A stretch of DNA of 64,000 nt, taken from an uncultured Ruminococcus sp. GTDB lineage: Bacteria; Bacillota; Clostridia; Oscillospirales; CAG-272. The notes under the pieces are model-generated. The model ran no database searches, was not told the DNA's origin, and saw nothing but the letters and a program-made list of their open reading frames with translations. Positions within the stretch are counted from its first letter, which is position 1, and every line of letters starts with the position of its first letter. The stretch is taken from assembly GCA_964384555.1 (NCBI GenBank), contig CAYLLA010000003.1:3339-67338 (forward strand), in the 5' to 3' direction. A program made the position numbers and the translations under genes. This document shows, piece by piece, positions 1 through 8,296 of this stretch.

Positions 1-2
1 TA

Positions 3-329
3 GCTAACGGCAGCACGGCGAGCGCCGCCGAGCTGTTCACATCTGCGCTCAAGGATTACGGCATAGCCAAGGTCGTTGGAACCACCACATTCGGCAAAGG
101 TTCTATGCAGAGCGTTTACGATCTTTCCGCGTTTGGCTATGACGGAGGCCTTAAGCTTACCACGCGCTTTTATTATCCGCCACTCTCGGACGGCTATGAC
201 GGTATCGGCATCATGCCGGACGTGACTGTTGAGCTTGACCCCGCGCTCAGCGGAAAAAATATATACAAGATCACAGATGCCGAGGATAATCAAATGAATG
301 TGGCGCTCTCCGCCATCATCGGCGGGTGA
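3..329 (+). CDS. S41-family C-terminal processing peptidase, 3' fragment (5' end outside window)
   Basis: Frame is open from the window edge. Translated ANGSTASAAELFTSALKDYGIAKVVGTTTFGKGSMQ resembles the catalytic region of S41 (Ctp/Prc) peptidases. Track ORF 105..329 is only the part after an internal Met. Confidence 0.7.
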   Translation, partial: ANGSTASAAELFTSALKDYGIAKVVGTTTFGKGSMQSVYDLSAFGYDGGLKLTTRFYYPPLSDGYDGIGIMPDVTVELDPALSGKNIYKITDAEDNQMNVALSAIIGG

Positions 330-431
330 GAGGCGGGCTCAGCAGAAACTACTAGCTTGATCCGAAACGGATCAAGTCAGACCCTATAAAAATCCATACT
401 AAACTGTAATATCATTTAAGGAGAAATAGAG

Positions 432-926
432 ATGTCTAAGGAACAAAAGCTCACATTTACACAACAGGGCTACAATGAGATGGTTGCCGAACTCGACTAT
501 CTTAAAAACGTGCGCCGTGCAGAGGTCGTACACGAGATAGAGGTTGCACGTTCATTTGGTGACCTTTCCGAAAACGCCGAGTATGACGAGGCAAGAACCG
601 AGCAAGCAAAGGTTGAGGCAAGGATCAAAGAGCTTGATGAAAAGATCAACAATGCAATAATCATCGATGAGACCAAGATCGATTTCTCCGTTATCAGCGT
701 TGGTTCAACGGTTAACGGACACAATATCACCGATGACGAGGATTTTGAATATATCCTTGTCGGTTCAAACGAGGTCGATCCTCTGAGCGGTAAGATCTCC
801 GACCTTTCTCCCATTGGCAAAGGACTTATCGGTAAACGCGCAGGCGACACCGTGACTGTTGAAACTCCCGGCGGTGAGATAAAGCTGAAGATAGAGCAGG
901 TCGCCAGAACCAAAACGCACGAGTGA
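432..926 (+). CDS. greA: Transcription elongation factor GreA
   Basis: 164 aa. SFGDLSENAEYDEAR acidic-tip motif and a C-terminal ISxxSPIGKxLIGKxxGD motif. AAGGAG sits 8 nt upstream of the ATG. Confidence 0.95.
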   Translation: MSKEQKLTFTQQGYNEMVAELDYLKNVRRAEVVHEIEVARSFGDLSENAEYDEARTEQAKVEARIKELDEKINNAIIIDETKIDFSVISVGSTVNGHNITDDEDFEYILVGSNEVDPLSGKISDLSPIGKGLIGKRAGDTVTVETPGGEIKLKIEQVARTKTHE

Positions 927-958
927 TCTATCAGACGACAACGAAAGGATACAGTAAA

Positions 959-2458
959 ATGGCAGACAATCAGAACATAAATGAAAACCTGCAGCAGCAA
1001 GATGTTGCTGATATGCTGGCTGTAAGGCGTCAAAAGCTTGATGAGCTGCGTGCCGCGGGGCAGGATCCCTTTGCAGAGACAAAATACGACCGCACACATC
1101 ACTCCACAGAGGTCAAGGAAAACTTTGAGGCACTTGAGGGCAGCGAGGTCGCAGTAGCCGGCAGACTTATGTCCAAGCGTATCATGGGCAAGGCATCATT
1201 TTGCCATTTGCAGGATCTTATGGGAACGATACAGATCTATGTTGCACGTGACAGCGTTGGCGAGGATGAATACCGCGGCTTTAAAAAGCTTGATATAGGT
1301 GATATCGTTGGTATGAGAGGTACTGTTTTTAAAACAAAAACAGGTGAGATATCGATCCATGCATCGGCTCTCACCCTTCTCTCAAAGAGCCTCAAGCCGC
1401 TTCCCGAGAAGTTTCACGGGCTTACCAATACAGATCTGCGGTATCGTCAGCGCTATGTGGACCTTATCATGAACCCCGAATCCAAGGATACACTTATAAA
1501 GCGCTCAAAGATAATCAGCTCTATCCGCCGTTACCTTGATTCCAAGGGCTTTTTGGAGGTGGAGACCCCCATGCTCGTTTCAAACGCCGGCGGTGCTTCC
1601 GCTCGCCCCTTTGAAACGCACTTTAATGCATTGGACGAGGATCTCAAGCTCCGCATCTCGCTTGAGCTTTACCTCAAGCGCCTTATTGTCGGCGGTCTTG
1701 AAAAGGTCTATGAGATAGGCCGCGTTTTCCGCAATGAGGGTATAGATACCCGCCACAACCCCGAGTTTACGCTTATGGAGCTGTATCAGGCATTTACCGA
1801 CTATCACGGCATGATGGATCTCACCGAGGATCTCTACCGCCATGTAGCAATGGATGTGCTGGGTACCACAACCATTACCTATAACGGCATCGAGCTGGAT
1901 CTCGGACGTCCGTTTGAGCGCATAACCATGCTTGATGCGGTAAAGAAGTATTCCGGTGTTGACTTTAACGAGATCCATTCGGATGACGAGGCGAAGGCTG
2001 TTGCCCGCGAGCACAGTGTTGAATTTGAAGCTCGCCATAAGAAGGGCGATATACTTAACCTGTTCTTTGAGACTTTTGCCGAGGAGCATATGATCCAGCC
2101 TACATTTGTTATGGATCATCCGATAGAGATATCCCCCCTGACCAAGAAAAAGCCGTCAGATCCTGCATATGTTGAGCGTTTTGAGTTCTATATGAACGGC
2201 TGGGAGATGGCCAATGCCTACTCCGAGCTCAACGACCCGATAGATCAGCGCGAGCGCTTCCGCGCACAGGAAGAACTGTTGGCGCAGGGTGACGAAGAGG
2301 CTAACCATACAGACGAGGACTTCCTCAATGCGCTTGAGATCGGCATGCCCCCCACAGGCGGCATAGGCTTTGGTATCGACCGCATGTGCATGCTTATGAC
2401 AGATTCCTCTGCTATAAGAGACGTGCTGTTGTTCCCGACAATGAAGTCGCTGGACTAA
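959..2458 (+). CDS. lysS: Lysine--tRNA ligase (class II)
   Basis: OB-fold N-terminal domain plus class II core (FLEVETPML, YEIGRVFRNEG, GGIGFGIDRMCML). ATG at 959 follows AAAGGA; the track ORF starts at an upstream GTG (923) that overlaps the greA stop. Confidence 0.95.
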   Translation: MADNQNINENLQQQDVADMLAVRRQKLDELRAAGQDPFAETKYDRTHHSTEVKENFEALEGSEVAVAGRLMSKRIMGKASFCHLQDLMGTIQIYVARDSVGEDEYRGFKKLDIGDIVGMRGTVFKTKTGEISIHASALTLLSKSLKPLPEKFHGLTNTDLRYRQRYVDLIMNPESKDTLIKRSKIISSIRRYLDSKGFLEVETPMLVSNAGGASARPFETHFNALDEDLKLRISLELYLKRLIVGGLEKVYEIGRVFRNEGIDTRHNPEFTLMELYQAFTDYHGMMDLTEDLYRHVAMDVLGTTTITYNGIELDLGRPFERITMLDAVKKYSGVDFNEIHSDDEAKAVAREHSVEFEARHKKGDILNLFFETFAEEHMIQPTFVMDHPIEISPLTKKKPSDPAYVERFEFYMNGWEMANAYSELNDPIDQRERFRAQEELLAQGDEEANHTDEDFLNALEIGMPPTGGIGFGIDRMCMLMTDSSAIRDVLLFPTMKSLD

Positions 2459-2469
2459 GTCCCATGACC

Positions 2470-2505
2470 ACCCCAAGATATTTAAAAGATATCTTGGGGT
2501 GTTTT
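2470..2505 (+). terminator. Intrinsic terminator after lysS
   Basis: ACCCCAAGATAT / ATATCTTGGGGT stem followed by GTTTT. Confidence 0.75.
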
Positions 2506-2584
2506 AAGATAAATAATTCCATGCGGCTGATACTATCACTCGATAGTATTTTACCGCACTCGTATCACGAGGTTACAAATACAA

Positions 2585-4018
2585 ATGGACGACCGTAACA
2601 AATATATATCCCCTTTTTCAACACGCTATGCCGGCCGAGAGATGCAGGAGATCTTCTCGGATAATTTTAAATTCCGCACATGGAGGCGGCTGTGGGTGGC
2701 ACTGGCACGCGCCGAGCAAGCACTGGGGCTTGACATCACAGACGAGCAGATAAACGAGCTCGTATCTCACATCGATGATATAAACTATGATGTAGCAGAA
2801 GCGCGCGAGCGCGAGGTAAGGCATGATGTGATGAGCCATGTTTACGCATACGGCAAACAGTGCCCGCTGGCAGAACCGATAATACACCTGGGTGCCACCA
2901 GCTGTTATGTTGGCGATAACACAGATATCATTATTCTGCGCGAGGCATCAAAGATCATAATAAAAAAAGCGGCGCAGGTCATAGCCAACCTTGCCGACTT
3001 TGCAAAAAAATATCGCGCTTTGCCATGCCTTGCTTACACGCATCTTCAACCGGCACAGCTTACAACGGTAGGGAAGCGTGCAACGCTTTGGATGCAGGAT
3101 CTTATCACTGATATAGAAAATCTTGAGTTTCAGCTTGACCGGCTCATGCTTCGCGGCGCAAAGGGAACTACCGGAACGCAAGCAAGCTTTATGGAGCTTT
3201 TTGACGGCGATGAGAGCAAAGTACGCCGCCTCGAGGATCTGATAGCCGAGGAGATGGGGTTTTCCGGCTGTGTACCGGTAACCGGGCAGACCTATTCACG
3301 CAAGACTGATGCCTACTTTCTTTCGGTGCTCTCCGGCTTTGCGCAAAGCGCCTACAAGTTTTCAAACGACATGCGCATACTTCAATCATTTGAGGAGATG
3401 GAAGAACCGTTTGAAAAGGATCAAATAGGCTCGTCCGCCATGCCGTACAAGCGCAATCCCATGCGTTGCGAAAGGATCTCCGCTCTCGCAAGATATGTGA
3501 TATGCGATGCACTTAACCCCGCAATGACAGCCTCGACCCAGTGGTTTGAGCGCACACTGGATGATAGCGCAAACCGCCGCATTTCGGTATCCGAGGCGTT
3601 TTTGGGAGTGGATGCAATACTTAACCTTTATATTAATGTAACATCCGGAATGGTGGTATATGAAAAGGTAATATCCCGCCGGGTTATGGAAAAGCTGCCT
3701 TTTATGGCAACAGAAAATATTATGATGGAATCTGTAAAGCGCGGCGGCGACAGACAGGAGCTGCACGAGATCATAAGAGTTTGCTCGCATGAGGCAGTTA
3801 AAAAAATCAAGCTTGAGGGTGGTGAGAACCATCTGATACAGCAACTCGCCGATGATGATAGGATACCTATGACATATGATGAGATCTGCGCGACCATTGA
3901 TCCCGCAAAATATATCGGCAGGTGTCCCTCGCAGGTGGATGAATTTTTGACGGATATCGCAGGACCGTTGCTTTGCAAATACCACACGGATAAAATAGAG
4001 GCCGAGGTGCGTGTTTGA
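2585..4018 (+). CDS. purB: Adenylosuccinate lyase
   Basis: 477 aa with fumarate-lyase superfamily signature GSSAMPYKRNP and a typical PurB N-terminus (SPFSTRYAGREM). Confidence 0.95.
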   Translation: MDDRNKYISPFSTRYAGREMQEIFSDNFKFRTWRRLWVALARAEQALGLDITDEQINELVSHIDDINYDVAEAREREVRHDVMSHVYAYGKQCPLAEPIIHLGATSCYVGDNTDIIILREASKIIIKKAAQVIANLADFAKKYRALPCLAYTHLQPAQLTTVGKRATLWMQDLITDIENLEFQLDRLMLRGAKGTTGTQASFMELFDGDESKVRRLEDLIAEEMGFSGCVPVTGQTYSRKTDAYFLSVLSGFAQSAYKFSNDMRILQSFEEMEEPFEKDQIGSSAMPYKRNPMRCERISALARYVICDALNPAMTASTQWFERTLDDSANRRISVSEAFLGVDAILNLYINVTSGMVVYEKVISRRVMEKLPFMATENIMMESVKRGGDRQELHEIIRVCSHEAVKKIKLEGGENHLIQQLADDDRIPMTYDEICATIDPAKYIGRCPSQVDEFLTDIAGPLLCKYHTDKIEAEVRV

Positions 4019-4210
4019 CCGATATTCTCGGCTGAAGAAAATATTTGGGTGTCGATCTTCGGCACCCTTTTTCTTATCCTAAAACACGCCACCATGCGAC
4101 AATGAGACTTATCTTTTTACATTATGTGACACATCTCGCGCGCTTTGAATATACTTTTATTGATATCAGACCGCCGCGGCGGTTTGGGAAAGGAATGGTT
4201 ATATTCAATA

Positions 4211-4567
4211 ATGGTCAAACGAAACATCTACGCTGTAGATAACTCACGGTGTATGGCATCCGGCACACGCGCGAGACCCGGTGCGGCATCACCGATCACT
4301 GCATCTGTGCCACCGCTCGACAGAGCCGCATCGACCGTGCCAATGCCCGATAGTGGCAACGGATCGGGGTGCGGCGCGGGGAGTGGTTCTGTATGGGGGC
4401 TTGACAGCTACCCGCTCGCCCAAGTATATGCGCCACTGCAAAGCTTTAGCGATATATACACACCGGAGCGTGGGCTGTCTCGCGGCACAATATTTGCCGA
4501 GCTGGATCTGCCGATAGGCACTCTCTCGCCGCGTAATGACATTGGAGGAGGCGCACGCAATGGATAA
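4211..4567 (+). CDS. cotJA: Spore coat-associated protein CotJA (start uncertain)
   Basis: C-terminal LAQVYAPLQSFSDIYTPERGLSRGTIFAELDLP matches the CotJA core. It lies directly upstream of cotJB and cotJC. The N-terminal part is low-complexity, so several starts between 4145 and about 4330 are possible. Confidence 0.6.
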   Translation: MVKRNIYAVDNSRCMASGTRARPGAASPITASVPPLDRAASTVPMPDSGNGSGCGAGSGSVWGLDSYPLAQVYAPLQSFSDIYTPERGLSRGTIFAELDLPIGTLSPRNDIGGGARNG

Positions 4568-4865
4568 CAGAAGATATTCACCTGTCTACAACAATACAGC
4601 AACCGGGGATCGCGCCGCGCAGGGTGAAAATAAGCAATCACTTGCAGCCAGGATACAGCAGCTTGATTTTGCAATACAGGATGCAGTGCTTTACCTTGAT
4701 GTTTACCCCAACTGCCGAGAGGCGCTTACCTATATAGCAGGACTTAACGATCAGCGTGCCGAGGCTGTGGCGAGTTATGAATCTATGTACGGTCCGTTGA
4801 ATATGTACGGTATCAGGAGCGAACAAAACAGCGATCCTTGGCCGTGGCAATACAGCATGCGCTGA
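4560..4865 (+). CDS. cotJB: Spore coat protein CotJB
   Basis: QQLDFAIQDAVLYLDVYPNCREAL...YESMYGPL is the CotJB signature. The ATG at 4560 overlaps the cotJA stop. Confidence 0.75.
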   Translation: MDNRRYSPVYNNTATGDRAAQGENKQSLAARIQQLDFAIQDAVLYLDVYPNCREALTYIAGLNDQRAEAVASYESMYGPLNMYGIRSEQNSDPWPWQYSMR

Positions 4866-4883
4866 TGAGTGGGAGGTGACGGT

Positions 4884-5507
4884 ATGTTTTTATATGAAAG
4901 AAAACTGCAGTATCCGGTAAAAATAAAAAATCCGGACCCCGCACTTGCATCCCTGATAATATCACAGGTCGGCGGTCCGGATGGCGAGCTTGGCGCTTCA
5001 ATGAGATATCTTAATCAGCGCTATACTATGCCATCAAATGAGACTGTTGGGCTTTTGACAGACATCGGTACAGAGGAGCTGGGGCACATTGAGATGGTGG
5101 CGGCGATAGTTTATCAGCTAACGCGCAACTTAAGCCCGGAGGAGATACTCGCAAGCCCCTATGCGGCGTATTTTGTTGATCACACGACCGGTATATATCC
5201 CGCATCTGCCGCAGGCGTGCCGAATGACATGAAATATATCGGAGTTAAAGGTGACCCTATCGCCGATCTTAATGAGGATCTGAGTGCCGAGCAAAAGGCC
5301 AGAGTCACATATGATAATATTCTGCGGCTTACAGATGATCCGGATGTGCTTGATCCCATACGTTTCTTGCGTGAGCGAGAGATAGTCCATTATCAGCGTT
5401 TTGGGGATGCACTGCGCACGGTTCAGGATTCGCTTGACAGCAAAAACTTTTACGCCTTTAATCCATCCTTTGATACAGGCGGAATATTCAAGGCTCGTCG
5501 GCAGTGA
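4884..5507 (+). CDS. cotJC: Spore coat protein CotJC (manganese-catalase family)
   Basis: MFLYERKLQYPVKIKNPDP...GELGASMRYLNQRY...EELGHIEMV is typical of the Mn-catalase/CotJC family. GGGAGGTG RBS precedes the ATG at 4884; the track ORF starts at an upstream GTG. Confidence 0.9.
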   Translation: MFLYERKLQYPVKIKNPDPALASLIISQVGGPDGELGASMRYLNQRYTMPSNETVGLLTDIGTEELGHIEMVAAIVYQLTRNLSPEEILASPYAAYFVDHTTGIYPASAAGVPNDMKYIGVKGDPIADLNEDLSAEQKARVTYDNILRLTDDPDVLDPIRFLREREIVHYQRFGDALRTVQDSLDSKNFYAFNPSFDTGGIFKARRQ

Positions 5508-5554
5508 TCGGTTCGGCTCTGCGCTGACGATAAACTCGCCCGGAAGACAGATAT

Positions 5555-5602
5555 AAAAAAGCGGTATAAAAGCTCCGGGCGAGCTTTTATACCGCCGTTT
5601 TT
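5555..5602. terminator. Bidirectional intrinsic terminator between convergent cotJC and the HAD hydrolase gene
   Basis: 15-bp stem GCGGTATAAAAGCTC / GAGCTTTTATACCGC, flanked by an A-run upstream and a T-run downstream. Confidence 0.8.
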
Positions 5603-5613
5603 AGCGTTATGTT

Positions 5614-6450
5614 TCAATCATGAGCTTCGATGTACCCTATCAGATCGGCGATAACTCCATCCTCATTCGAGCAAAGACAAAGATCCGCTATCTCCTTGAC
5701 GGCATCAATAGCGTTTGAAGGGCAAACACCCACGTCGGCCATCTTTAGCATATCAATATCGTTATCATAGTCACCAACGGCATATACCTTTATCCGCTCC
5801 GGTCTGCCGCTCTCGCGGCAAATACGCGTGACCTGCGGTATCATCGTTGCCTTGGTGCAGCCCTTTTTCTGCAATTCAAAAAATGTCGGGCCTGACATAC
5901 TGTCCTCAAACACCTCGCCCATCTCCGCACGAAGCTTAGCGCGAAGCTCTATAAGATTCTCGGGTGTATCGCGAATGACGACCTTGTACCAGTTATAGTT
6001 CATCCACTCATCTTTGGAAAGTATCAAACGCTTCTCCGGCGGGCAGGTCAGCATATCGCGCTCCATGAGCTCGGAAACAGGAGGACAGGTAATGTATCCC
6101 TCGGGCGCTGACAGACGAATACTTACACCCGGGAGCGCCTTGTACATAAAATCTATAGCGTAGCGGGTCATATCCTTATCCAAAAAGTTTTCACAGAGAG
6201 CTTCGGAACGTTCAAAATCATAAAGATATGTTCCGTTGCAAACGATGACCGGCGCATTAACAAGCTCGCGCACCATGGGGATATGGTGCTCAAGGCTTAA
6301 ATGCATTCTGCCGGTTGCTATAGAAAAAGCACCGCCCTCGGCTCTGAAACGTGCGATGGCATCAAGATTTCTTTGTATTATCCTTGATTTGCGACCAAAA
6401 AAAGTGCCGTCAAGATCAGTAAGAATTAAAATGTTTGATAGATCTTTCAT
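5614..6450 (-). CDS. Cof-type HAD-IIB family phosphatase
   Basis: N-terminal LTDLDGTFF (HAD motif I), ATGR, and C-terminal GDYDNDIDM (motif IV). Confidence 0.8.
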   Translation of the reverse strand: MKDLSNILILTDLDGTFFGRKSRIIQRNLDAIARFRAEGGAFSIATGRMHLSLEHHIPMVRELVNAPVIVCNGTYLYDFERSEALCENFLDKDMTRYAIDFMYKALPGVSIRLSAPEGYITCPPVSELMERDMLTCPPEKRLILSKDEWMNYNWYKVVIRDTPENLIELRAKLRAEMGEVFEDSMSGPTFFELQKKGCTKATMIPQVTRICRESGRPERIKVYAVGDYDNDIDMLKMADVGVCPSNAIDAVKEIADLCLCSNEDGVIADLIGYIEAHD

Positions 6451-6485
6451 TTTTTAAACCCGCAGTTTTCTGTTTTGAATAGAAT

Positions 6486-7547
6486 TTAGTTTTCGTTTTT
6501 TGTGTATTCGTTGATCTCTCTATATGGCGCACAGTAGTCGGCGCTCACTCTGAGCTTGGCTATCAGCTCCGCCATATTTGTGGGGCAGGGCGCGGTAAAG
6601 GACATTGGCTCTCCTGTGCGCGGATGTACAAACTCAAGCCTTGCCGCGTGCAAACACTGCCCGCTTATCAGCTTGTGATTTGACTCAAACGCCTCGCCTG
6701 TCTCACCGCCGTATACCGGATCGCCGAGTATCGGATGCCCGAGATAGCTCATGTGTACGCGGATCTGGTGTGTTCTGCCCGTCTCGAGCCTGCAAACCAC
6801 CATCGATGAGCCGCGGTAGTATTCGCAGATACGCCAATGTGTTATGGCAGGTCTTGATGGAAGATCTGGGTTATCGATCACCGCCATTCTTTTTCTGTCT
6901 ATCGGATGTCTGCCGATAGGACGGTCTACAGTACCTGAGGCTTCGCTCGGCGTACCGCAAAGCAGGGCGATGTAAGTGCGCCTGACATCATGTCGCTTTA
7001 TCGCCTCTGCCAGTGCACTGTGCGCAAGATCGTTTTTTGCAACCACCAAAAGCCCCGAGGTATCCTTGTCGATCCTGTGGACGATTCCGGGGCGGATCAT
7101 GCCGCCAATGCCCGAAAGACTATCACCGCAATGGTAGAGCAGGGCGTTAACAAGTGTGCCGCTGTAGTTTCCGGGCGCTGGATGCACCACCATGCCGGAC
7201 GGCTTGTTGATAACGATAAGATCGCCATCCTCATAGATGATATCAAGCGGAATAGGCTCAGGCGCGGCATCTGTCGGTTGAGGCGCGGGGAGAGAGACTT
7301 CTATCCTATCCCCGATCTTTAATTTGTATTTTTTGGGTTCAGCGCGGCCGTTTACAAGTACCCGTCCCTCATCGCACAGCTTGGCGGCGGCGGAGCGGCT
7401 TGCGATATACGGCTCGCCGTTAAAAAAAGCATCGGAGGCCTCGATGGGCGAAGCCTCCGCTAAATATGCGTCAAGTCTTGCGCCAGAGTCCGTATCCAAA
7501 ACACAAAAAAGCAGGTGTTGATCGCTTTGATAGTTGTTATCGCTCAT
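6486..7547 (-). CDS. rluD: RluA/RluD-family 23S rRNA pseudouridine synthase
   Basis: S4-like N-terminal domain (RLDAYLAE), catalytic HRIDKDTSGLLVVAKN motif and TGRTHQIRVH. The lspA-rluD gene order is typical. Confidence 0.9.
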   Translation of the reverse strand: MSDNNYQSDQHLLFCVLDTDSGARLDAYLAEASPIEASDAFFNGEPYIASRSAAAKLCDEGRVLVNGRAEPKKYKLKIGDRIEVSLPAPQPTDAAPEPIPLDIIYEDGDLIVINKPSGMVVHPAPGNYSGTLVNALLYHCGDSLSGIGGMIRPGIVHRIDKDTSGLLVVAKNDLAHSALAEAIKRHDVRRTYIALLCGTPSEASGTVDRPIGRHPIDRKRMAVIDNPDLPSRPAITHWRICEYYRGSSMVVCRLETGRTHQIRVHMSYLGHPILGDPVYGGETGEAFESNHKLISGQCLHAARLEFVHPRTGEPMSFTAPCPTNMAELIAKLRVSADYCAPYREINEYTKNEN

Positions 7548-7564
7548 AGCGCGGTTTTCCTCTT

Positions 7565-8203
7565 TTAATTTTTGTCGTTGTTATCATCACCGGATGTATC
7601 GGCCGTTCCGATTTCATCCGCATCTTTTTTTGCATATTTTGGGGCATGGCATGCGGTGTGCTCGCCCATAACACCGGAAACTTCGCTCGTTTCATTGTCA
7701 TTGATGGCGGCGGTGGTATCATCACCGGCTGTCGTCTTACTCATCTTGTATTCCTCGATGCTCAAAAGTATAACATACAGGATGATAAGCCCAACGCCTA
7801 TGCAGATGCAGGAGTCGGCAATGTTGAATACATAGCTCCAAATGCCGTAAAAATCAATAAAATCGACAACGTATCCAAGCATTACGCGATCTATCATGTT
7901 GCCAATGCCGCCGGCAAGTATCAGTGCAAGTCCTACGCGTTCAAGCTTACTTTGCGGCTTTGATATGAGCATAAAGGCCACAAGGCAAACGATGGCCAGT
8001 GTGGACAGCACTAAAAACACCCAACGGTTATCCGATAGCATGCCAAAAGCCGCGCCGCGGTTTTGAACATAGGAAAAACGCAAAAATCCGTCTATAAGAT
8101 AAAACGGCTCGCTGCCCTCAAGAAATATTACCGCCAGCCATTTGGAAAGCTGATCTAAAAACACGAGCGCGATAACGCAAATAAACCAAATAAGCATTTT
8201 CAA
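7565..8203 (-). CDS. lspA: Lipoprotein signal peptidase II with an acidic C-terminal tail of about 60 aa
   Basis: FLDQLSKW, NRGAAFGML, GGIGNMIDR and FNIAD motifs. The C-terminal 60 aa are low-complexity, rich in D, T and N. Confidence 0.9.
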   Translation of the reverse strand: MKMLIWFICVIALVFLDQLSKWLAVIFLEGSEPFYLIDGFLRFSYVQNRGAAFGMLSDNRWVFLVLSTLAIVCLVAFMLISKPQSKLERVGLALILAGGIGNMIDRVMLGYVVDFIDFYGIWSYVFNIADSCICIGVGLIILYVILLSIEEYKMSKTTAGDDTTAAINDNETSEVSGVMGEHTACHAPKYAKKDADEIGTADTSGDDNNDKN

Positions 8204-8296
8204 ATTAACAATGTTGCGGCTCGGCGGCGGTGGCCGCCAAGCCGCGTAATGATCATAGATATTAATAAATTAAACTTTGTAATGCTAAATGAGCCA

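Noticed and set aside
330-431. A 9-bp hairpin CTTGATCCG-AAA-CGGATCAAG after the S41 peptidase gene, and a GC-rich hairpin at about 8216..8247 after ileS.
   Set aside because: Both lack a U-tract on the relevant strand, so I do not call them intrinsic terminators. They may still act as RNA-stability elements or weak terminators.
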